DNA of 63,904 nt, counting the filler, from Stramenopiles sp. TOSAG23-6 (taxonomy: Eukaryota), in the NCBI GenBank assembly GCA_900128565.1. It is 4 parts of 4 records of this genome, joined end to end, with 100 filler letters (N's around TTAATTAATTAA, not from the genome) between each part and the next. Parts side by side here need not be neighbours in the genome. Positions count along the whole stretch, not along the records: positions 17,563 to 34,970 come from LT636080.1; 3 more parts are not named here. One strand, 5' to 3'. Positions 20,366 to 34,431 of the stretch are shown here, one piece after another. The notes beneath the pieces were generated by a model, which had not been told where the DNA came from, searched no databases, and saw only the letters and a program-made list of their open reading frames with translations. Both the position numbers and the translations under genes were made by a program. Within the stretch, counting starts at the first letter, position 1. The number at the start of each line of letters is the position of its first letter.

Positions 20366-21398
20366 ATGGTGCTTTTGTTGAAACAACTCCGTTATTCAGC
20401 GTGTCTTCTTGATAAGGGCAGTGTATTTTTTAACTCTGTATATCGTGTTTTTTCTTCGAAAGAATCATCTTTCACTGAAGAAGAAGTTCAAGACAACAAG
20501 GGTAAAGCTACCATTGGTTCAACAACAAGGCGCGGTATAAAGAAGTCTTGTATTACAGAGAATGTATCAGAGAGGCATTCTCGTTCTAATTGTAGTAAAC
20601 ATTTGCCTACTGTAGACCGAATCGCGCACTTGCTTGATGCCTTGGAAAAGTCACGCTTCCCAGATATTCAGACAAACCTCCGTTCAACTGGAGATATTTC
20701 TATTCAGACAAACCTCCGTTCAACTGGAGACATTTCTGTTCCAAGAAATCTAAAACACCAACACATGAGTTGCGATAACAAACCATTTGATATTATAAAA
20801 CACGAAAAACATACTTTATCAGTAAAAAAAAAGACACTTTTACATGTACAAAAAAAGAAAAAAGTAGAGTCTGCAACAAAATCTTCTGAATTAAACAAAG
20901 CTGTACGATATCATGACTGGGAGCTATGTAAATCTCTTGACGTTGAAGTAGAAAATATAAAGTCACAAATGAAACAAATAGATTCAGATATCGTAGTTTG
21001 TGATATTAAATTAGCCATCATCCAGGATGATTGGGAAAACGCTATGATTCTCTTAAGTTGTACGTTTTTAAAATTCCATGTGAAATATTGTTTTTTTATA
21101 TGAAAATATGTACCTAACAAAAAAAACTCTTATTAAAAAAATATTTTTTTACAATATATATTGTACGGAGAGTTCCATATTATGGAATATTTTTGAAGAT
21201 ATTGAAGTTTTGGGGCTATCGACAACTCAACTTCAAGTTCCTTTAATGAGAGCTACTTGGAGAGAAGTACAAAATGAGCATAGAGTTTCTCGGAATTCTC
21301 GGAATGGTATTGATTATGAAAAGGATGAGATATTTTCAAAAGGATCTCTTCAGCGTTTAGACTCAATTTTTCGAAGATTTAATGTCGAATCTTATTAG
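20366..21398 (+). CDS. Hypothetical protein, 2 exons
   Basis: Intron 21060-21159 (GT..TAT) joins LLS-YCTESS in frame. Contains a 36-nt tandem duplication (IQTNLRSTGDIS x2). Confidence 0.55.
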
Positions 21399-21716
21399 TT
21401 ATTAATAGTTATGATTAAATAAATGTTGTATATGCACTGTAACTATTATTCCACGTCCATGGCCATGACATTGTCCGATTTTTTTGTTCAGCGCGTTTTT
21501 TTTTGACTAAATCAAATCATGATGTCGATGTCGTCACTACTACTGTACCAGGTATACTTCTAGTAGGCTACAATAATATATTTGTTATATTGAGTATTGT
21601 ATTGTGGTATACATTTTTGTAATTGGATTCATTGAGCATACCAACAGTAGGTAGATAAAGGATAGAAGTTATCTGGCAATTGCGAAATCGGATATATAAT
21701 TCTATACACTTGTTAG

Positions 21717-22304
21717 ATGTTTCTGAACGTTTCTACACGTGTTGCATTGTGGAGTATTCGCCATGTTTCAACTTCACTACGCCAACAACCGCTCAGGCAT
21801 CGTTATCCGTATGTAGTTCGTTCATTCCATGGTAGTCGTATATTATACCTTAGTGAAGACTCTATAGAACGAACCACTGATTTTGGGCGTTGCTATAGAC
21901 GACGTGATAATGGTAAGTGGCAAGCTCATGACCTAAACGGAAAATATAGGGGACAGTTTAACTCAGCTGAAGAAGCTGAAGCATGCTTAAAAGCATCTAG
22001 TAATAGGAATACGGATTCCAATTCTAATAAAAAGATCCATCCAGTGTTTGGTGAAACTGCTATTGATAACAATACTACTAAAGTTGAGCGCCAAAGAATT
22101 CGAAACTCTGATGGTTTTCTTGAATTTGACGAAGTCGAAGCTCCGTGGAAAGACCCGCACGGAGTGAGGAATAAACAGTCTCGTTTCGAAAATTTATTAG
22201 ATGACACAAATTATATCTTTCGAAAATCAAAAGGGGCATATTGGGTTGTCACTGGAGTTAGTGTAGTCACTGTAGCAGGGGCAATGATGGGATTTTATAC
22301 GTAA
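21717..22304 (+). CDS. Hypothetical protein with mitochondrial-presequence-like N-terminus, AP2-like motif and C-terminal TM segment
   Basis: R/S/L-rich N-terminus lacking acidic residues; YRRRDNGKWQA...GQFNSAEEA; hydrophobic C-terminal tail. Confidence 0.6.
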   Translation: MFLNVSTRVALWSIRHVSTSLRQQPLRHRYPYVVRSFHGSRILYLSEDSIERTTDFGRCYRRRDNGKWQAHDLNGKYRGQFNSAEEAEACLKASSNRNTDSNSNKKIHPVFGETAIDNNTTKVERQRIRNSDGFLEFDEVEAPWKDPHGVRNKQSRFENLLDDTNYIFRKSKGAYWVVTGVSVVTVAGAMMGFYT

Positions 22305-22476
22305 AAATTGTATCAAAAAAGTAAACAAAATGTATTGTGAAAAAAATTTAAAAAAAAATTAAACAAAAATTGTTAGGTACAAAATTTCGTACAAAAACAA
22401 AATCTAACGGTTTCATTGTAATTTGTTTTAATAATATAAAAGATTATCTAAAACACTTTCCTTCGCCAAAATATAC

Positions 22477-22610
22477 ATCAAATACGTCGTTTTATCTCTT
22501 TTGATCAAATCAAACACGTTGTTTTATTATCTCTTTTGATCAAATCAAATACGTTGTTTTATCTCTTTTGATCAAATCAAACACGTTGTTTTATTATCTC
22601 TTGTGATCGA
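22477..22610. repeat. Tandem ~30-38 bp repeats (ATCAAAYACGTYGTTTT(ATT)ATCTCTTTTG), about 4 copies, overlapping the stop of the minus-strand gene
   Basis: Seen directly in the sequence. Confidence 0.8.
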
Positions 22611-24433
22611 AGTGCGGCGATATTTCTACCTCCACCGTTCCAATATTTCAATCGTCCATCAAAGACATTTCCTTCCCGTGGACCTCGAGGATCTGTCTGA
22701 GAATCAAATATACCACTAGAAGCCATCGCTGGGGCACCAGGTACTGATTTTAATCCCACAGGTCTGTGTAAATCATCTCCTCCTGGTACTCCTCCTAGAC
22801 AATGAACGTTACTCCTGTACACTAAAAAAATATGCAAATCTGAAATTTGTTGGGTAAAAAATTTTCTAAAAAAAAAAAAAAAAATTTTTGAAATGAGAGA
22901 AAATATACTTTTGAATTTTTGCAGCAACGTCAAGCTTATTCTGTGATGTATATGATCCATCCAAGCTAACTCTTTTACCTCCATCAGATGCATAGCCATA
23001 TGTATTTTGGAAAAATATTTCAAAAAAACCCGTTAGGTACAAAATTTCGTACGAAAAAAAAATCGAAATTGAACAAAAATTAAACATACATGATCCGTTG
23101 ACATCTCCTTGAGCTTCGTGTAGATGAGAGAATACTGTGTCGTAAAAAAATATTTTTTTTGTTTTTTTCGTAAAACACAATTCGTTAGGTACAAAATTTT
23201 CTTAGTAAAAAACACATCTTTCAAATTCACGATGAAAACTTACCTCTACTCTTTTGTGGATCATCCCCAGCAACCATCATTTTACTAGGCTTGGACCACT
23301 CGTCAGTGACAACCCCGTGAGGGACAAGGTAGCTTCCTACGTTTACGTTTTGTGAAAAATATTTTTTTTTTTTTTTGGATAATAAAAAAAAAGTCGTTAG
23401 GTACAAAATTTTCTATGAAAAAAAAAAAAAAAATGAATGAATGATGAAAACATTCAAGTTTGGTATTCCAAATTCAGACTGTTTTTTCGGGGGAGCTCCA
23501 GGTTTCGGATCAAAATCGAATTCTTTTGTCCCTGCAGCACTTGTCGCAGTCAATCCATTAGGCCCTAACTCTAGATTCCCTCTTGGTTCGGTTCGTCTCG
23601 TTTGCATTTCAATATATCGAGATTCTGAAGATGCTTTTAGATGACAAGTAAAGTGACCGTTTTGCTGAGTTATATATTGTGAAAAAAAAAAAATGTGAAA
23701 AAAAATGTTAGGTACAAAATTTCGTACAAAAAAAAATTAAAAATTAAAAAAATTAAAAATGAATGGTGAAAACGAACAAGGCACTTTTGCTATTCTTTGC
23801 TTTGAATGCTCCTTCTTTCAGTGATAAGCGCGGCACGTCTGGTGTTCCGGTCCATTCAAAATTAATAGTACTGAAATTAGTTTTCCCAGCAAATTTGCCA
23901 CCTCCTTGATTTTTTTCCAATTGAGGAACACCGCCAAAACGAATAGAACTTTTCATATTTTTGTGTTGAACTTTCTTTGGTGCAGTCTTATCCTCTGGTC
24001 CCGGTTTGTATTCAAATGATAGGTTTGTTCGCAAGGCTGGATTTTGTGAATATTCTGGTTGAACGCGCTTCGGTGGCATCTCATACAACGCCTGTGTTTC
24101 ACTTCGAACGACGTTTTGCTGCCCTTCGAAGGCATCGGCAACACCTCGAGAAGTGGTGAAGGAAACTTCTGTTGAAGGTTGAGCTTGTTGTGAAGTTGAC
24201 TGAAATGTCTGAGTCTGTGTATTCAGTGACATATTTTGCCGCCCTCGTTGAGATAAATATTCGTGACTCTTCCTTACTGCTTCCTGTCGTCTATCTTCTT
24301 CTTGTTGAGATTTTCGTTGTTGTGATTTTTCGTACGCTGTTTTGTCACGAGATGAAGTAGTTCCTTTAGAAGTTGGTGAAATGCTACCAAAGTAATTTTC
24401 CATCCCAGAGTATGTTTCAATTGTACCACTCAT
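22577..24433 (-). CDS. Hypothetical protein, 6 exons
   Basis: One continuous frame after removing family introns 23672-23777 (GT..AT), 23345-23455 (GA..GT), 23135-23243 (GT..AG), 23000-23089 (GT..AT) and 22815-22908 (GT..AG). Confidence 0.7.
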
Positions 24434-24714
24434 ATTGACGTCGTGGAGTATTTATAGCTTGCTTTCAAAAACCGTAATGCGATATTATTAAATTGCTGCT
24501 GGAAATAAGTAAAGAATCAATCACTTGCAGGGTAATTATATATAATAATGTGTTTGATGATGATGACCAGTAAGACTTGATAAGACTGACACTGTCAATG
24601 AAAGGTTCCAAAACTCCCGGTCGCGCGTGTAACGGCCGAAACGGTTGTTTTTTGACAAACGAAATAGAATTGAACATTTGAAGCTTACTATGTGTAAGAT
24701 ATGACCCTTTATCA

Positions 24715-26202
24715 ATGTCACGCGGTGTTCGAGGATTAAAGGGAATAATTGATGAAAGAAGGCTAGGCGAAAATGAAACTTTCCGAATCAGTAGTGAAAA
24801 TAACGAAAATTGTATATACACCAAGCGGTTACTAGATGAATTACAAAACATTTCCACAATTCGAATGAAAGATGAAGGACAGCTCCAACAGATGTTACGG
24901 AACATCAATGAAAAAGACCAAGTTCAATATTTACGGGAGGCCCATAAGCAATATAGAATACGTGAAGATGAAAGAATTTCAATCGAAGATAATATCATTT
25001 CCTCCCTTCAAAGCGCAGTTGAACGATTTGGAGGTGAAATTGAGTTTCTATTTTTGATTTTTTTAGGAATAGAGGAGAAAATGATCGATTCCACTCATTA
25101 CAACCAACATGAAAAGGCATATGCTTTTCAAGTGAAACATTTTCAGACACTGCTCGATTATGTAGCACGTTCGCGATATTCATTTGGCGAAGTTNTTTCT
25201 AAAATACTTCAACGTGCTGTTGCGATTCACGACGCAGGGACTGATTCATGTGCTACAATTATCTCAATGGCTGCAATTGTATCAAAAAAAGCATACTCCG
25301 CTGCCATGTGTGCTTCAAACAAGGCAACACGTTCAATAAATGGTGGTGTTGCGATACAGTCTATTCATTGTCGAATCATTCAGAGATTTTTTCGTATAGC
25401 TCTTATTAAACGCCGACGTCAAATAAAAGATTATATTAAATCTATAAAGGAGAAGCATACTGCAACTACGCTGCAAATGTGGTATAAAAGGCAATACAAC
25501 AAATATATATGGAATGATAAATGGAAAAAAAGTGCACGGTCTACAGCGATACGTGTCTTATTTTCCAACAAAAATAATAGTATCAAAAAGAAAAAAATGA
25601 AAAGTCCATTATTTGCACTATTGAAACTACAAGCATTCACAAGAAAATATTTGAGTGCTAGCCGTTATTATTGGATGAAATGTTTTGCAACACTTCGTCG
25701 ACGTAGAGATGCAATGAAAATGTGGCATGTACGCAAAACTAAATTAGGTTATTTGGTGGATAACTTGTATAACATTTCAAGTGTATATAGCAAGTACAAA
25801 TCTGAATTGTATCGGATAGAAGAGAATATCGCCAGCCAAACATTTAATTGGGAATCTCAATGGAAACAATACAAGCAAAATATGAGAAAACATATCATGC
25901 GTAAACAACTAAGCAATGATTGGATTATTTTTGATGATGCAGAAAATAATAAAGAACAGTTTGAAAAAGGAAGATATTTCAATACCAAAACGGGTAAAAG
26001 GCAAATCGAACATCCAAATGAAAAGCTTGTGAAAAACACTTGTAAATTAGAGATAGTTCGGGCTAAACAAATTTTACAGTCTCATGTTGATCCGTTACTT
26101 GAATACAAAGACGAAATTGTTTCTTTATCATCAATAGATTACAATGAATTCGAAGGGATTTTACTTCAATCAATTGTAAAAATGTGGTGTTCAAATAATT
26201 AA
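24715..26202 (+). CDS. IQ-motif / WW-like domain protein, intronless
   Basis: IQ-like IIQRFFRIAL and KLQAFTRKYL; WW-like NDW...YFNTKTG...EHP. Confidence 0.7.
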   Translation: MSRGVRGLKGIIDERRLGENETFRISSENNENCIYTKRLLDELQNISTIRMKDEGQLQQMLRNINEKDQVQYLREAHKQYRIREDERISIEDNIISSLQSAVERFGGEIEFLFLIFLGIEEKMIDSTHYNQHEKAYAFQVKHFQTLLDYVARSRYSFGEVXSKILQRAVAIHDAGTDSCATIISMAAIVSKKAYSAAMCASNKATRSINGGVAIQSIHCRIIQRFFRIALIKRRRQIKDYIKSIKEKHTATTLQMWYKRQYNKYIWNDKWKKSARSTAIRVLFSNKNNSIKKKKMKSPLFALLKLQAFTRKYLSASRYYWMKCFATLRRRRDAMKMWHVRKTKLGYLVDNLYNISSVYSKYKSELYRIEENIASQTFNWESQWKQYKQNMRKHIMRKQLSNDWIIFDDAENNKEQFEKGRYFNTKTGKRQIEHPNEKLVKNTCKLEIVRAKQILQSHVDPLLEYKDEIVSLSSIDYNEFEGILLQSIVKMWCSNN

Positions 26203-26263
26203 ATTAAAAAAAAACGAAATAAAAAAAATAGTAATTACACAATTTTACTTAGGAAGTTGTAGA

Positions 26264-28212
<1,949 letters not shown>

Positions 28213-28402
28213 CTTGAAATGTGTTTCTATATGCAAAAGTTATTGAAACAAAAGTAACAAAATTCAATCATCTTTGTTGACCAACAATCAAATTCTGACC
28301 CTCATTTTTTGCGATTTCGTGAAATGTGTAACACCAAAAGAATACTATTAATATTTTTAGAAAAATACCAGTTTTATTACTACTATCAATTCAAATACAA
28401 GT

Positions 28403-31400
28403 TTAATGATTCGCAGCAACATGTTCATATGCAGCTTCTAAAAGTTTGCAAATACGTTTTTCATCTTGTTTATTTGTACTTTTCAGGCGTTTTTTCAGTT
28501 CCGATACTTCTATACCCATTTCGAGTGCTACTTCTGCCATTGCTTTCTTTTTAAGTTTTTTTTCTCTTTTTCTCCTTTTTTTCTCATCATCTTCATCATT
28601 TTGATTTTCATCCTCTTCTAGTCGACTACTAGACTTTNTCTTCTTTTTCTTCTTCTTTTTTTTTCCAAAAATATTTGCAACTCCTTCTTTTGCATTCTCT
28701 GCGTCCTTCAAGTTTTGTTTCTCAGCTTCAAGAATTTCTTTTTCAGCAGCTTCTCTAGCCTTTTGTTTTTTACTCTTTTTCTTTGGAGATTTATCATTTT
28801 CTTCAATTTCACCACGAGCTTTCGCCCTCTCTTCAAGAAAAGCCTTACGGCGAGCGATTGTTGCGGCTGCCTTTTCTTCTGAGAGTTTCTTTGCACGTGC
28901 TTCTTCTATTTCAATTTCACGTAACAATTGATTTCTATAACCTTCCACATCATCTTCTCCTTTAGGACCTTTGAATTTGAATACATCTTTCTTATCACAG
29001 ACCCAGAGATCGCATTCTGCTTCTGCTATAAGTCTTGCATCGTGACTAACTAACACAACGCCACCAGTAAAATTTCGAATAGCTAATGCTAAAGCATCGA
29101 TAGACTCAATATCGAGATTATTTGTAGGTTCATCCAAGAACAAAACATGAGGTTTTTGAAGTACCAAATGAGCAAAAACTACACGAGCTTTTTGTCCACC
29201 AGAAAGGTTTCTAATAGCAATAGTATGAGCATGCCCTTCGAGACCACAACGACCTAAAAGATTTCGAGCATGTATTTTGGAAAAATATTTCAAAAATACA
29301 AACGTTAGGTACAAAATTTCGTACGAAAAAAAATCGAAAATGAAAAAAAATAAAACATACATGTTGAAAGTTCGTCTCCTCATCAAAAGTATCAACTAGA
29401 TGTTGAACAGGACTTTTCCCCATGGGTAATTTATCAGCAAAATGTTGATTGTACACCCCAATGCGAAGACGATTATTGCGTCGAATGTCACCACTCGTTG
29501 GATTTAAATCACCTTGCAATAATTTCAGCATTGTTGATTTTCCAACACCGTTTGGTCCTACTATTGTGATACGCGACTGCATTGTAACACCAAAATTTAC
29601 ACCTTTAAATAATTCAGGAGAATCTGGATAATTAAATGAAATATCATCGACTTGAAGAACGGGAGGACGAAGATCCAAAACTTTAGAAAATTCGAATTTT
29701 ACAGTGTATTCTTTTGGTTTTTCAAGAAGTTCACGAACATTTGTTTCATCATCATCAGAATCGAAAGCATTTCTTCCTTTTTTCTTACCTTTTTGTGATT
29801 TTTGTTTTTGTGTTGCCATTCGTAATGTCTGAGCTAAAGCCTGTTTTTTTGTCATGCCACTTTTTTTTAACCGTTTCAACTCTTTTTGTTGTTTCTCATA
29901 TTCTTTTTCATCTTTCAAAAAATTTTGTTTATGCATTTGTTTAAATGTATAATAATCACCTTTGTAATACTTGAGCTTCTTATTCTCTAAATGAATAATG
30001 TTATCACACACATTACTTAAAAAATCTTGGTCGTGAGAAACTACTAATAAAGTATTTTTCCATTTTTGTAGATATTCATCTAACCATAACACCGCATTTA
30101 AATCTAAATGATTCGTAGGCTCATCCAATAGTAAAAGCGTTGGCTCCATAAATAGTGCCTTAGCGAGAGAAATACGCATACGCCAACCACCTGAAAAATT
30201 ACGAGTTGCTTGAATTTGCATTTTAGCCGTAAAACCAAGACCAGCTAAAATCGCCCTTGCCTTACCTTCACTAGCAGCAGTTCGTGAAGCAGTCATTTCC
30301 TTGTAAATAGATGCAAGTTCATCTTGGATACGAATTGAATGTNTTTNGNAAAAATNTTTNAAAAAAAANTAGAANTTNGTTAGGTACAAAATTTAGTACG
30401 AAAAAAATAAATTCGAAATTGAAAAAAAAATAAACATACACTCTTCCGTTGACAATTGATCTGCTTCAGGTTTGTGTTGATCATCTTCAAGTACTTTCAA
30501 AATACGAGCTTCTTCAGCGAGTAACATTGTACGACGTTCATCAGCTGATAACACGGCATCAACTGCACGAGTGTCCTGTATAGTGAAAATATATATTTTT
30601 TTTAACGAAAAAAAAATCGTTAGGTACAAAATTTACTATGAAAAAAAATGTAGGTAAAAAAATCATAATGAAAACATACATCAGCGACACATTCCTGAGC
30701 AACCATCATCATATCAATGTACGTAGGAAAAATAAGTTCCCGCGAAGCAAGCATCTTTAATAATGTTGTTTTTCCTTGTCCATTTGGACCAAGTAAACCA
30801 TATTTATGACCATGATGAATCTTCAAGTCAGCGTTATTGAAAAGTATTTTATCGCTTGCATTAATTGAGAATCCTTCAATGACAATATCTTTAGAATTTG
30901 CCCATGCTTCATCCTTCAGGAGAGCTTCAGTATCTCTTTGTGTAACAGTGAAGTTAGAATTAGACCCTTCAACACCAGCCTGTGCTTGTACTTGTAAAGA
31001 TTCCTCTCTTTGTTTTTCGAGCTTCTTTTGTGCACGTCGTTCTTTATTACTCATCTTTTTTTTTTTTTTTGGTTTCTTTTTTGCGAGATCATTAGTCTCT
31101 TCTTCTGCTTCTTCTTCATGTTCATGTTCAAAAGTCACACCTTGATTCTCGACGATGTTGAGATTATTTAATCCCGTAGTTACTTCTTTTACAGTTTGTT
31201 TTTCTTCTGTGTCACTTTCTTCTTCCTCTTCAGATGTTGTTGAGCCCATCAAACCACCAAAACCAACAGCAACTGGCGCCTCAAAACTTTGTTCAGAACT
31301 TTCTAGGACGTCAATATTTTCTTCTTCAGCTTCAGCTTCTGCTTTTGCTGCCGCAGCTCGACGAGCTTCAAGCTTACGACGTTGTTTCTTACTCAACTTT

Positions 31401-32017
31401 TTGNGCATTTCAAACTGTACCTCTATTTCATCTTCCCCTACGGTATTTTCTTTTTCGTTCAATTCTGAGTTGCCAAACTGATCACCATTTTCTTGCTCAT
31501 TCTCTTCTGCTTCTCTGGCAAGACGTTCCTCTTCCTCTTTTCGTTTTTTTTTCGCAATTCTTTCTTCGTCCTGTTTTGCACGTAATACAGCCTTTTCAGC
31601 CTTTGAAAGTTTTGCAAATTCTGCTTTGGTTAATTGTTTCTTAGAAGAACTTTCAGTTTCTCGACTTTGTTGAGCTGCTGCTTTCTTAGCCGCTTTCTTC
31701 TCCTTAGCGGTCATTCTTGCACTTTTTGCCTGTTTCATTCCAGGTTTCGAACCAGTTCTTTGGGCAGCTGCTTTCAATTTTCTTTGTTCTTTCTTACTCA
31801 ATCCAGTATTAGATGCATTTGTTTGCTGATTTGGTAGCTCAACTCCAGCGGCGATTGCCTCTGCCGCAGCTTTGGCCTTTGCCGCTTCCCTTTGCTTACG
31901 GAGCTGTCTCTTGGTAAGTGGTTTAGGTTCGGAATTAACTACGGGTTCATTATCTGATGATGGGAAGTCATCACTATGGCCTCTGCGGCGTCCTTTCTTT
32001 CCTCGCTTCTTTGCCAT
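28403..32017 (-). CDS. ABCF-family ATPase (ABCF1-like), 4 exons
   Basis: Two NBDs ([53 protein letters not shown]) and a K/E-rich N-terminus. Introns 30576-30679 (GT..AG), ~30338-30439 and 29270-29360 (GT..AT). Confidence 0.93.
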
Positions 32018-32434
32018 GATGCGTTTTCAGTGCACAATGATTTTTACTCAATAGCTAATTTTTGCTGCCAAAGAATAAGTTCGCGGAAGACGAGAAGAAT
32101 AATGATTGAATGTTCGACTGACTCACAATTTTTTGCGCAAACCTGTTTTTCAAGATGGAGACGTTTTTCAAAAATTTATAACGGTTTGTGTGCTACGACA
32201 CGTTAGTAGGTTAGTAGTACTTATACTAGTAGGTACCAATAGACTACACTTACTACTACTTTACTTCTACTTGGCACAGCTGCTATATTCCACCCCTAAC
32301 TTCCGTAGATAGTAGCTAGCGTGACGTAGGACTGAAATATCACTAAATCTAGCACCATATGGACTGCACTTTGCTTGTTACGTGAGACTGCCTAACTACA
32401 TAACTTTTTATTTTCGAAAGCAAACCCATTAATA

Positions 32435-33033
32435 ATGGGAGCTTGTTGTAGTAGAAAAACTATGAATGTAAGTTTATATGTATATCCCTACATCTTTCTC
32501 GTATTTTCCCCCAGAACATAACTTCAACTGGCGTCATAGATGTTGTACTGGAATTCTTCAAAGTCAGTGTTGTTTTACTCTCACTCTCTGAAGCTCTTTG
32601 TTTATCTCTCCCATTTGTTTCATTTCAAAATATATAAATTGAAATAATGCAGAGAGGAAAGAAGATCAAGTCTTTATTGTAGTTACTCACTATACTCTGA
32701 AATATATGAATTGTTCAAAATGTAAAGGCTAACAGTATTTTATTCAACATTCTATATCACTTTTATTTTAGGGTAACCCCATCATGTACGTTTCATCATG
32801 AATTTATTAATTTATTTTTTTTTCATACGAAATTTCGTACCTAACGATTTTTTCATGATTTCGTGTTTTTTTCACAATACATGGTCGGAAGCTCCGGTGG
32901 AGATTGCGGTGGTAGAAATTATGGTTTAATTGAAGCACCATATTCAAATACAATAATACTTCCTATGACAATGTTATACCTACCATCGCACAAACTTTTG
33001 TTTACCTTAGGTAGATGCTCCTTGATACCTTAG
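32435..33033 (+). CDS. Small multi-exon protein with dual acylation-like N-terminus (MGACCS); exon structure uncertain
   Basis: ATG GGA GCT TGT TGT AGT, a canonical GTAAG donor at 32468, a TAG acceptor at 32771, a 14-nt exon, family intron 32786-32882 (GT..AT), and a last exon ending at TAG 33033. Confidence 0.45.
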
Positions 33034-33287
33034 ACCCCATAGATATCCTTTTTATTTGTGTGTATTAAAATTAAAATAATAATGAAAACAAAACCTAAAT
33101 TTTCTTTTTGATACCCGGTAACGTATTTTTTCGCGACGACACAAATGACAGTTTGTTGTGTACCATATAATTATTAATTCAATAACTGGTTGTATAAGCT
33201 ATAATTTATCATTATTTAATCAGTTACGATTGTCTGCTCACTTGTCAAAGAAGTTATAGAACTAGAAAGTAATTTCAAAACATTTTG

Positions 33288-33953
33288 ATGTCAGTTTATA
33301 TGTTCAGTAATGCACGTTGCGTTTTTAATCGAGGTGTTAGTCACGTAAGCCGTCGCGGTGTTGCTCGTAACAATGTGGTGTGTCTCACCCAAAGATCGCT
33401 TTCCACGAACACCGGTTCATTTCCGGATATCTTTAATCCAACCGCGGAACATTTACAACTACGTCAAATGGTTCGTGACTTTACTATGGAGCGTGTGGAG
33501 CCTCAAGCTCTGGAATACAATCGTGAGGAAAAATTTAACCATGATCTGTTCAAGGAATGCGGCGAACAAGGCTTATTAGGTTGCACAGTACCTGTAGAAT
33601 ACGGGGGATCTGGTTTTGATGCCGCAGCGTCCTGTATAATACACGAAGAAATGTCGGCATCTGATCCAGCGTTTTGTTTATCTTATCTTGCACACTCTCT
33701 CCTATTTGTAAATAATCTTGCTCAAAATGGATCAGAAGAACAAAAAAAGAAGTATTTACCCGATGCTTGTTCTGGTGCCACAATTGGTGGAATGTGCATG
33801 AGTGAGCCAGGTGTTGGCACCGATGTGTTAGGATTGACGACTAAAGCTGTAAAGAATAATGCAACAGGGGGATTTACGTTGACAGGTCAGAAAATGTGGA
33901 TAACTAATGGTGCAGTCAGTGACACTGATCTCGGCGATGTCTTTTTGGTATAT
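33288..33953 (+). CDS. Isovaleryl-CoA dehydrogenase-like acyl-CoA dehydrogenase, first exon only
   Basis: Mitochondrial presequence, LSYLAHSLL, GMCMSEPGVGTD, LTGQKMWITNG, DVFLVY. Followed by intron 33954-34050; the next exon is out of phase and unrelated. Confidence 0.88.
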
Positions 33954-34050
33954 GTATTTTTTATTTTTTTTTACAAAAAAATCGAATTTTTTTTTATAGT
34001 AAATTTTGTACCTAACGATTTTTTTTTTGAAATATTTTTCCAAAAAGCAT

Positions 34051-34431
34051 CTTAACGGACATTCTTGGAGCTGATGCGAATCATGTCGAGGTAGCTGGAG
34101 CTTTGCTTCATGGATTTCATTCTGGTAAAACTCGTTTTGATCTCAACAATGATGGTAAGACTACAAAAGCTGAATTAGCAGGTGGTATGTTTTTATCAAA
34201 CATTTTCAATTTTTAAATTTAAATTTTTTTTTTTTTTTTTTTTTCAAAAAATTTTGTCCAAACGATTTTTTTTTTTTTGAAATATTTTTGTACAGTTCAT
34301 GTTTAGTAGATGGTTTGCTGAATCCAAATCAACAACGTTTTGATTTAGATGGAGATGGGAAAACGTCAAAATTGGAAGTGATGGGAAGTTTGGCTGGTTC
34401 GTTGTTTAATGCAGTCTTTGATTCAGATTAA
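34051..34431 (+). CDS. 3' exons of a small protein with two EF-hand-like loops
   Basis: FDLNNDGKTTKAEL and FDLDGDGKTSKLEV are joined in frame by intron 34185-34300 (GT..AT). Confidence 0.6.
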
